Source: Candidatus Coprenecus merdigallinarum (GTDB taxonomy: Bacteria > Bacteroidota > Bacteroidia > Bacteroidales > UBA932). From it: DNA of 64,000 nucleotides. The position numbers and the translations under genes are program-made. Positions within the stretch are counted from its first letter, which is position 1, and the number at the start of each line of letters is the position of its first letter. Below the pieces are notes generated by a model. The model was not told the origin of the DNA, did not search any database, and saw only the letters and a list, made by a program, of their open reading frames with translations. The DNA lies in contig DVGV01000036.1 in assembly GCA_018712545.1 (NCBI GenBank), positions 26,404 to 90,403 on the forward strand, given 5' to 3'. Shown one piece after another: positions 28,701 through 35,038 of this stretch.

Positions 28701-29572
28701 CCATCCTCGAAAGGCACGGTGCGGGGACCGTCGGCCTCCACCCACCAGTCGCGGTTGTAGGCATTGAGATGACCCTCATAGAAGGCAAACTTGGGCAGCA
28801 GCACCGGGTTGCCGGTAAGCTGATAGTAGGTGTCCAGCAGAGCCACAGGATCTCCGGCCACCATGACGAATACATCCATGTAATCCGTGTCGTGGGTAAG
28901 GGTCACGGTGCCTTTCTCAGCGGCTCCGAAATCGTATGCTCCGGGAGCAAATGTATGCCACATGATACCGTATCCGCCGGTCGACCAGTAATAAGGTGCG
29001 GGCGAAGCCACTCCTTCGTCGGTCCAGCTGTTCTCATTTACGATGTTGATGACACGTCCCTTGTGCGAGAAGCGTCCGTTCTGCACGCCTCCGCCGTAAA
29101 AATACTCATCGGGGGACTCGGCCAGCGTAAGGACGGTGCGGGTCTTGCCTCCGCGGCTCTCGAAGATCACGGGAGCAGTCTGACGCAGAACCTCCTTACC
29201 GCTGCGCAGGTCGGCAACGGTCATCATCGCGGTCTCCTTGTCGAAAGAGACACGGATAACTCCTGTAGACAGATGCCAGGCGTCCGCATCCTCCTCGATC
29301 GTGTAGGATACCCCTCTGCGGGGATTGCGGACAAGAATCTCGGCAGGCGGTTCTGCCTTTGGATCACGGACTATGCCTCCGTTGTCATCCCGGAAAAGAC
29401 GGAAGATATCCGGAGCATAAAAGTCCACTGTCATACGGTGACCGTCACCGAGGATAATCTCGGCAGCCGTAGGATTGAGGTGCATTGCCTCTTCTGCTGA
29501 TTCCGCTGAAAGGCAGTATCCAGTAGCTGCCGCGAGAATCAGGACTATGGTAATTTTCCCTCTTAATTTCAT
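25763..29572 (-). CDS. Multidomain GH31 glycosidase (FN3-like, discoidin/CBM32-like, dockerin-like and cohesin-like C-terminal modules)
   Basis: GH31-type blocks KTDVAWVGWGYS (nucleophile region), GVWSGDQTGGDW and CSDMDGIFGG; signal peptide. The C-terminus has two Ca-binding loops, DINKDGKVDENDL and DIDGNGLIDAYDI. Confidence 0.85.
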   Translation of the reverse strand: MKLRGKITIVLILAAATGYCLSAESAEEAMHLNPTAAEIILGDGHRMTVDFYAPDIFRLFRDDNGGIVRDPKAEPPAEILVRNPRRGVSYTIEEDADAWHLSTGVIRVSFDKETAMMTVADLRSGKEVLRQTAPVIFESRGGKTRTVLTLAESPDEYFYGGGVQNGRFSHKGRVINIVNENSWTDEGVASPAPYYWSTGGYGIMWHTFAPGAYDFGAAEKGTVTLTHDTDYMDVFVMVAGDPVALLDTYYQLTGNPVLLPKFAFYEGHLNAYNRDWWVEADGPRTVPFEDGKRYKESQKDNGGIRESLNGEKDNYQFSARAVVDRYEAHDMPLGWILPNDGYGAGYGQTSTLDSNILNLKSFGDYARSKGVEIGLWTQSDLHPKEGIEALLQRDIVKEVRDAGVRVLKTDVAWVGWGYSFGLNGIADVAGIMPYYGDDARPFIITLDGWAGTQRYAGVWSGDQTGGDWEYIRFHIPTYIGSGLAGQPNICSDMDGIFGGADAVINTRDFQWKTFSIMQLNMDGWGSNEKYPHALGEPATSINRMYLKLKSELLPYAYTWSREAVDGKPLMRAMFIDYPNDYTYTPATRYQYLFGPDFLVAPVYQDTQADTLGNDIRDGIYLPEGRWVDYFTGAVYEGGRVMENFPAPLWKLPVFVRQGAVIPMVRPNNNPSQINPSERIFECWPAEGEYHTHVYDDDGRTMSYLAGESVTTRIDASLSGGRYILTIHPAEGSFDGFVKDQSTQVRVNITAEPRKVTVKVGGKKVNAEYSYDAAPQLNRFATPGSEFEKMDLRKNPVLTVSIPACDITQNDVVLIIDGYEYAPADDSRICSGELTAPVILADKSTVEPYAATLAWEPQELADYYEIEFDGLLHTGIRNTYLTFADLQPETDYSFRLRAVNLTGASDWTDYSCTTEGNPLEWAIRGIVGSCSFPSQEGFEVWRLFDWAESGDTWHTKYQAKALPFELTLDLQGINNIDRFEYLPRLDAGNGVLLKGEVFYSVNGKDWTPAGAFEWERDGQTKVFTFGGGPRARYIRIAVSDAVNNYGSGREIYVFKVPGTETVIPGDINKDGKVDENDLTSYMNYTGLRSSDSDFDYVSDGDIDGNGLIDAYDISAVAVRLDGGINTEYWMREYHKSAGDTLCGGLRVEVQDKPLKAGDTLTLSFYGDSLKTVNALSVALPYDASALEFAGVEASGLQQMENLTRDRLHTDGTKAVYPTFVNLGGKSLVSGDGLLFRVSFKVLRGGADIPEAVDAVVVSPALEYEYVEVKK

Positions 29573-29610
29573 ATTTCGACTTAGAATCTAAAAATTTCCT
29601 AAAATACCTA

Positions 29611-29618
29611 CAAATATA
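29611..29618 (-). promoter_or_regulatory. Bacteroidota -7 box (TATATTTG) for the GH31-GH84-GH20-MFS-BNR operon
   Basis: Exact TAnnTTTG on the minus strand, about 39 nt upstream of the ATG at 29572. Confidence 0.55.
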
Positions 29619-29767
29619 GTATTTTTTCAGACACCGCCGGACCTCTTTTCCCACGAACTTTCTATTGAACTGAGAGGATTAACATATTATACCGTTTTAT
29701 GTTGCAATTCTGAATTATTTTATGCTTATTTGCTTAAAATTTGAAACAAACACTAACCTTCATTTTT

Positions 29768-31273
29768 ATGGACAACAACATCCTGAAGTACAACATCAAT
29801 CCTCTCGTCAACGCTATCGGCAAGACACCCGATCAGTTTACGAAAGAGGACATAATCAATTTCATCACAGCCAACGACATCCGTGTCGTCAACTTCCGCT
29901 ACATCGCAGGTGACGGCAGGCTCAAGACCCTCAACTTCCCGGTCAGCAGCCTCCAGTATCTCGACCTGATCCTCTCGTTCGGAGAGAGAGTAGACGGCTC
30001 CAGCCTCTTCTCCTACATCGAGGCCGGCTCGAGCGACCTCTACGTCATTCCCCGTTTCTCAACGGCCTACCTCGACCCCTTCGCTGAGATTCCCACCCTC
30101 GGACTGCTCTGCTCCTATTTTACCAAGGACGGACTGCCCCTGGAGAGCTCTCCCGAGTACACCCTGCACAAGGCTCACGAGGAGTTCAGGAAGACTACCG
30201 GCTACACCTTCGAGGCCATGGGCGAGCTGGAGTTCTACGTCATCTATGACGACGACTGCTGCTTCCCCTCGGAGAATCAGCGCGGATACCATGAGTCCAC
30301 ACCTTTCACCAAGGTCGAGGCATTCCGCACCGAGGCCATGAAGCTCATCTCCCAGGTCGGCGGCAACATCAAGTACGCCCACTCCGAGGTAGGCAACTTC
30401 ACCCTCGACGGCAAGGTGTACGAGCAGAACGAGATCGAGTTCCTCGTATCGCCCGTAGAGTCCGCCGCTGACCAGCTCGTGATGGCCAAGTGGATTCTCC
30501 GCACACTGGCATGGCAGTACGGCTTCGATATCACCTTCGCTCCGAAGATCACCGAGGGCAAGGCCGGCAGCGGTCTGCATTTCCACACCCGCATGATGAA
30601 CGGCGAGCACTCCGTGATGCTCAAGGACGGCCGCCTCTCCGACGAGGCCCGCAAGGCCATCGCAGGCTACATGACCTGCGCCTCCTCGCTGACCGCCTTC
30701 GGCAACGCCAACCCTACCTCCTACTTCCGCCTCGTGCCTCACCAGGAGGCTCCCACCAGCATCTGCTGGGGCGACCGCAACCGTTCCGTACTCGTGCGCG
30801 TACCCCTCGGATGGACCGGCAGGAGCGACATGTCCGCCATCGCCAACGGACTGCCCCAGAATCCCGACATCGTGATGCCCGACAAGCAGACCGTGGAGCT
30901 CCGCTCAGGTGACGGCTCGGCCGACATCCATCTGATGCTCGCCGGACTGGTGACCGCCGCACGTATCGGCTTCGAGCTCCCCGACGCTCTCGAGATAGCG
31001 AAAAAGACCTACGTGGATGTCAATATCCACGACGACAAGAACGCAGCCATCCTCAACTCCCTCGCCCAGCTGCCCACCTCCTGCGCCAAGTCAGCAGACG
31101 AGCTGGAGAAGAACCGCGCCCTCTACGAGGCCAAGGGAGTGTTCTCAAAGAGCATGATCGACGGACGCATCGCGATGCTCCGCGCCTACAACGACGCCAA
31201 CATCCGTGAGGAGACCGCACGCGACAAGGGCCTGATGATGGAGCTTGTCCGCAAGTACTATCACTGCGGATAG
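29768..31273 (+). CDS. glnA: Glutamine synthetase (about 500-aa GlnA-family form)
   Basis: Beta-grasp N-domain (IRVVNFRYIAGDGRLKTL), KAGSGLHFH and NRSVLVRVP motifs. The ATG at 29768 (MDNNIL..) is preferred. Confidence 0.85.
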   Translation: MDNNILKYNINPLVNAIGKTPDQFTKEDIINFITANDIRVVNFRYIAGDGRLKTLNFPVSSLQYLDLILSFGERVDGSSLFSYIEAGSSDLYVIPRFSTAYLDPFAEIPTLGLLCSYFTKDGLPLESSPEYTLHKAHEEFRKTTGYTFEAMGELEFYVIYDDDCCFPSENQRGYHESTPFTKVEAFRTEAMKLISQVGGNIKYAHSEVGNFTLDGKVYEQNEIEFLVSPVESAADQLVMAKWILRTLAWQYGFDITFAPKITEGKAGSGLHFHTRMMNGEHSVMLKDGRLSDEARKAIAGYMTCASSLTAFGNANPTSYFRLVPHQEAPTSICWGDRNRSVLVRVPLGWTGRSDMSAIANGLPQNPDIVMPDKQTVELRSGDGSADIHLMLAGLVTAARIGFELPDALEIAKKTYVDVNIHDDKNAAILNSLAQLPTSCAKSADELEKNRALYEAKGVFSKSMIDGRIAMLRAYNDANIREETARDKGLMMELVRKYYHCG

Positions 31274-31299
31274 GAACCGGGGCCGGAGCCCCAAACGCA

Positions 31300-31380
31300 A
31301 AAGAGAAAAGGACATCAGCCACAGAAACTGATGTCCTTTTTCCTTATTAACCTAAACTTAACCTATGAAAAAACTATCGC
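31300..31380 (-). ncRNA. Candidate sigma-54-dependent small RNA, copy B (ends approximate)
   Basis: GCGATAGTTTTTTCATAGGTTAAGTTTAGGTTAA begins about 12 nt after a perfect -12 element and is followed by a hairpin and T-tract. No ORF on this strand. Confidence 0.55.
31306..31340. terminator. Bidirectional intrinsic terminator (glnA on plus, candidate sRNA copy B on minus)
   Basis: AAAAGGACATCAG / CTGATGTCCTTTT stem with a 9-nt loop and T-tracts on both strands. Confidence 0.75.
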
Positions 31381-31408
31381 TGTACCCTGATGCAAACTGC
31401 GTGCCAAA
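31347..31408. repeat. Dispersed repeat, copy B of 2 (homologous to 18333..18395)
   Basis: See copy A; aligned by eye. Confidence 0.8.
31391..31406 (-). promoter_or_regulatory. Sigma-54-type -24/-12 promoter, consensus match (TGGCACGCAGTTTGCA)
   Basis: The minus strand reads CTTTTGGCACG-CAGT-TTGCA, an exact match to TGGCACG-N4-TTGCW. Confidence 0.6.
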
Positions 31409-31419
31409 AGTCTTACAAG

Positions 31420-32361
31420 CTATGGAATCACGTACCGGGACTTCTGTACGGGCGGGGGACCCGCAGGCCCTGAACTACCAATACTCCGCACCTGGACTGA
31501 CCTGGTATCCCCACGTCCGCTGTTTCCCCTGAGAGCCGCCTTGAACTGCTGCGACGGATTCTCCGGATCATACTGAGGCACGGGCAGCGACGGATAATAG
31601 ACACTCGGATCGAAATTAGGGTCCAGGAATATCATATCATCGAACCAGGGCTGTCCCCCTACGACTGGCCGCGGCACGAGCATTTCCATCATCGAACCCT
31701 GCAGGAAGCCGCCTCCACCTCCGAGTATTCCCATTATTATCGCCACTACGGAATAGACGGCAGGATTCTGTTCCCGGACATCCCGCAGGAACTGAGGCAT
31801 ACTGCCCTCATTTATCATGCGGCTGAGTATCAGCCTCCGGTCCCTTGCCAGTATCTCGCCGACTCCCAGAGGACGGCTGGCCGCCCACTTCAGATTGTCC
31901 CCGACAACATCCAGCGGCAGATATCTCGGATGAAACGCCGACGCCGGCATCTGCTCCGGAGCCCCGACCAGATCCGTCAGCGCATCCTGCCGCAGATATT
32001 CTCCCCGCAGCCTCCCGTACCACTCCTGCCGCAGCTCCATAAGAAATCCCGCTCTTGCACGCAGCGCGTCCGGACTCACCGCCTCCTGCCCTTCTCCTGT
32101 GACCGGCATTTCTGCCGGCAACAGTCCCGCCGCCATCAGCACCGAATCCCTTCCGGCCTTATCCAGCATCCCGACCTCCACCGCCCGGTCCATCAGCGCC
32201 CGGATATCCGCCTCGTATTCCGCCACCTGCAACGCTGCCGTATCCCGATCCTGCTGCCGGACACCTTTCACAACCGCATCCGGCACCTGCGCCAGAACAC
32301 TGCCCGCGCAGCATGCCGCCAGTACCGTCACAGCCACATATTTTTTTACGGATTTTCCCAT
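31420..32361 (-). CDS. Secreted hypothetical protein (no recognisable family)
   Basis: Signal peptide MGKSVKKYVAVTVLAACCAGSVLAQ from the ATG at 32361. It has an internal Gly-rich hydrophobic segment (IIMGILGGGGGFLQG) and a Pro-rich tail. Coding-like composition. Confidence 0.55.
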   Translation of the reverse strand: MGKSVKKYVAVTVLAACCAGSVLAQVPDAVVKGVRQQDRDTAALQVAEYEADIRALMDRAVEVGMLDKAGRDSVLMAAGLLPAEMPVTGEGQEAVSPDALRARAGFLMELRQEWYGRLRGEYLRQDALTDLVGAPEQMPASAFHPRYLPLDVVGDNLKWAASRPLGVGEILARDRRLILSRMINEGSMPQFLRDVREQNPAVYSVVAIIMGILGGGGGFLQGSMMEMLVPRPVVGGQPWFDDMIFLDPNFDPSVYYPSLPVPQYDPENPSQQFKAALRGNSGRGDTRSVQVRSIGSSGPAGPPPVQKSRYVIP

Positions 32362-32444
32362 AATCCCCACCACAACCGCAAATATTGAGCCACATCGTCC
32401 GTTCAGCCATCCGAAGGAGTCGATCAAAAGGCACGGATATCACC

Positions 32445-32481
32445 CAAAAGAAAAACGCCCGCAGCCACACGGCCGCAGGCG
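32445..32481 (-). terminator. Intrinsic terminator after the tRNA pair
   Basis: The minus strand reads CGCCTGCGGCC-GTGT-GGCTGCGGGCG (11 bp including 2 G-U pairs), followed by TTTTTCTTTTG. Confidence 0.7.
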
Positions 32482-32493
32482 CCTCAAAGTCAG

Positions 32494-32567
32494 TAGCGAG
32501 ACCCAGGATTGAACTGGGGACCTCATGATTATGAATCATGCGCTCTAACCAGCTGAGCTATCTCGCC
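32494..32567 (-). tRNA. tRNA with anticodon CAT (elongator Met, or Ile2 if lysidine-modified)
   Basis: Folded by hand: acceptor GGCGAGA/TCTCGCT (G1-U72 wobble), D-arm GCTC..GAGC, anticodon stem CATGA/TCATG with loop TTCATAA, T-arm CCCAG-TTCAATC-CTGGG. CCA is not encoded. Confidence 0.85.
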
Positions 32568-32576
32568 ATCATTTTG

Positions 32577-32647
32577 TTGAGCTACCAGGAGTCGAACCTA
32601 GATTTACAGAGCCAGAATCTGTCGTGCTGCCATTACACCATAGCTCA
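32577..32647 (-). tRNA. tRNA-Gln (anticodon CTG)
   Basis: Folded by hand: acceptor TGAGCTA/TAGCTCA (U1-A72), anticodon stem ACAGA/TCTGT with loop TTCTGGC, T-arm with GGTTCGACTCC. Confidence 0.9.
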
Positions 32648-32662
32648 ATTGGAATCGGAGCG

Positions 32663-32670
32663 CAAAGGTA
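32663..32670 (-). promoter_or_regulatory. Bacteroidota -7 box (TACCTTTG) for the tRNA-Gln/tRNA-Met transcript
   Basis: Exact TAnnTTTG on the minus strand, 16 nt upstream of the mature tRNA-Gln 5' end. Confidence 0.6.
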
Positions 32671-32704
32671 GACAATTTTTGATAAAATCAAAAAAAATTT
32701 ACAA

Positions 32705-33277
32705 TTATTCTCGGATTACCTGAACTTCGTTGTGGAGACCAAGTTTGATGATGGACGAAGCCTTTCCTGTGGAGCCATGATCCAATGCAGGGTCTACGCA
32801 CATATCCACAACAGATTTTATCTCCTCCGGGATATCCGGGTATCTGCGGGGAGCCGGAGTGCCCGAGACGTTGGCGGAAGTTGACACTATCGGCTTGCCG
32901 AAACGCCGTACCAGCTCGATGCAGAAATCGTTCTTGGGAATGCGGATGGCGATGCTGCCGTCCTCGGCCGTGACGTTGGGAGCAAGGTTGATTCCCTCGG
33001 GATAAATGATGGTCAGAGGCTTGTCGCTCAATGACTCTACGGTAACCGCCATTTCGGGAACCTCACGGACATAGCGGTCCACCATACCCATGTCACACGC
33101 CAGAATAATAAGACTCTTTGAATCGGCCCTCTGCTTGATGGAGAAGACCTTCTCGACTGCCGCACTGTCGGTGGCATCACATCCGATACCCCATATCGTA
33201 TCAGTCGGATAGAGCAGGACCCCGCCTGCCCTGAGCACCTTTACGGCCTCTTCAATCTGCGCTTTTCTATCTGTCAT
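32705..33277 (-). CDS. tsaC: L-threonylcarbamoyladenylate synthase (YrdC/Sua5 family)
   Basis: YPTDTIWGIGCDA and STSANVSG motifs; 190 aa. Confidence 0.9.
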   Translation of the reverse strand: MTDRKAQIEEAVKVLRAGGVLLYPTDTIWGIGCDATDSAAVEKVFSIKQRADSKSLIILACDMGMVDRYVREVPEMAVTVESLSDKPLTIIYPEGINLAPNVTAEDGSIAIRIPKNDFCIELVRRFGKPIVSTSANVSGTPAPRRYPDIPEEIKSVVDMCVDPALDHGSTGKASSIIKLGLHNEVQVIRE

Positions 33278-33289
33278 AACTGTTATATT

Positions 33290-34375
33290 TTACATATGTA
33301 CTTTCACTATTACCGGATAATGGTCCGACCAGTCCACACGTGGAGTCCTGTGCTCCAGCACCTCCGCCTCCTGCGGTACGAATACGTAATCTATGCGCAG
33401 CAACGGCCACAGCATCCTGTAAGTCGCACCAAAACCCTTCCCGGCCTCGCAGAACGTGTCCTTCCGCCCGCGGTACAAAGTTCTGAAACAATAGGACATC
33501 GGCGTATCATTGACATCCCCGCAGACAACGGCCGGCAGTCCGCTCCCTGAGATATCCTCCAGCAAAGCCCGTACCTGACCGCCTCTTCTGGACGAGGATT
33601 TTTTAACTTTTTCATGTGCTTCCGCCAGCTCATGGGGCAGTTCGTCGTAACCTCCGCCCTTGACGTCCTTGACCAGGGAGGCCAGGGAGATATTGTTCGA
33701 CTCAAGATGTACGTTGTAGAATCTGTAGACCTGACCCGCATACTCAACATCCGTGTACAGGACCCTGTTGGTAGTTCCACGGAAAGGGAGGTGACCGGAT
33801 CCGAGGAGCGGAAGACGGCTCAAGGTCACATTACCTACATAATCTCCGTTACGCAATCTGTAAAAATGCATTCTGGCATACGGATAATGCGGGAACATCC
33901 GCCTCACACGCGAAGTGTCGTCAGTGCGGAACTCCTGCAGCAGCACCATGTCAGGATCTTCCGCATCCACCAGATTCCTGACCCCAAGGATATTGTCGCT
34001 GACACCCGCACCGGTGCCCGAACGGAAGCCGCCAATATTCCAGGTCAGGGCCTTGAGTCCGTCTGTTTCCGACACGACTTTCTCCGGCAGAGAGTTGCGG
34101 TCTCCGGCCCGGAAAAAGAAACCGGCAAAGAACAGTGACGGCAGGATAGCGATGACGGGAATCCACACTGAGGACGACCATCGCAGCAGAGCCAGGATCA
34201 GCAGCAGCACATTGACGGCCAGAACCGGGATGAAATACAGGCCGAAAAATCCCGCAGGCGGGAATGTTCCGGGATCAATCAGCACCGACACGTAGCTGAG
34301 CAGCAACAGTATGCAGAACACTGTCGCCACCAGCCTGAAGGAGACGCTCAGGAACGGATTTTTCTTCCTGCCCAT
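33290..34375 (-). CDS. Membrane-anchored endonuclease/exonuclease/phosphatase (EEP) family protein
   Basis: Three or four N-terminal TM helices followed by an EEP fold ending in WSDHYPVIV. Confidence 0.75.
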   Translation of the reverse strand: MGRKKNPFLSVSFRLVATVFCILLLLSYVSVLIDPGTFPPAGFFGLYFIPVLAVNVLLLILALLRWSSSVWIPVIAILPSLFFAGFFFRAGDRNSLPEKVVSETDGLKALTWNIGGFRSGTGAGVSDNILGVRNLVDAEDPDMVLLQEFRTDDTSRVRRMFPHYPYARMHFYRLRNGDYVGNVTLSRLPLLGSGHLPFRGTTNRVLYTDVEYAGQVYRFYNVHLESNNISLASLVKDVKGGGYDELPHELAEAHEKVKKSSSRRGGQVRALLEDISGSGLPAVVCGDVNDTPMSYCFRTLYRGRKDTFCEAGKGFGATYRMLWPLLRIDYVFVPQEAEVLEHRTPRVDWSDHYPVIVKVHM

Positions 34376-34390
34376 CAGAATCGTGCGCTT

Positions 34391-35038
34391 CTATGAGTAC
34401 AGCCGGTTCTTTTTCTTCCAGTACAGTATCATGATGATACCGAAGATCATACCGCCGAGATGGGCGAAATGGGCCACATTGCCGCCCCTGCCCGACAGGC
34501 CCGATATGAGCTCAATGGCTCCGAAGATAATCACCATCCATTTGGCCTTCAGGGCTATGGGCGGGAATATGAACTGCAGCACATTGTTCGGGAACATCAT
34601 TCCGTAAGCCAGCAGCAGCCCGTAGATGGCACCGGAGGCGCCTACGGTAGGCACCCGGTTGATGGCGGCCTCGACCAGTCCAGGAGTCTCGGCAAAGGCT
34701 ATCTGGAGGTACATCACCAGCTCGTTGATCAGTCCGGCACCGATGCCGCAGACCATATAGTAGAGGAAAAACTTCTTGCCGCCCCAGTAATTCTCCAGCA
34801 CGCTGCCGAACATGTACAGCGAGAACATATTGAAGAATATGTGCCAGAAGCCCCCGTGCATGAACATGTAGGTAATCAGCTGGAAAGGCTTGAAGAAAGG
34901 CGAGGTGAAATAGAACAGCGAGAAGGTCCCGTACATGAAGTTCTGGGCGAACATAGTCACTACGAAGACTATCGCGTTGATGATTATCAGGTTCTTGACT
35001 ACGAAAGGCAGTCCGGGTCGGTAATAGCCGTAATTCAT
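34391..35038 (-). CDS. Rhomboid-family intramembrane serine protease
   Basis: GASGAIYGLL (GxSG) and HFAHLGG motifs. The ATG at 35038 forms an ATGA overlap with the mutL stop. Confidence 0.85.
   Translation of the reverse strand: MNYGYYRPGLPFVVKNLIIINAIVFVVTMFAQNFMYGTFSLFYFTSPFFKPFQLITYMFMHGGFWHIFFNMFSLYMFGSVLENYWGGKKFFLYYMVCGIGAGLINELVMYLQIAFAETPGLVEAAINRVPTVGASGAIYGLLLAYGMMFPNNVLQFIFPPIALKAKWMVIIFGAIELISGLSGRGGNVAHFAHLGGMIFGIIMILYWKKKNRLYS

Noticed and set aside
32538-32723. A 61-aa plus-strand ORF, plus 32159..32539 on the minus strand.
   Set aside because: It overlaps the two hand-folded tRNA genes, their promoter and their terminator. It shows no coding signal.
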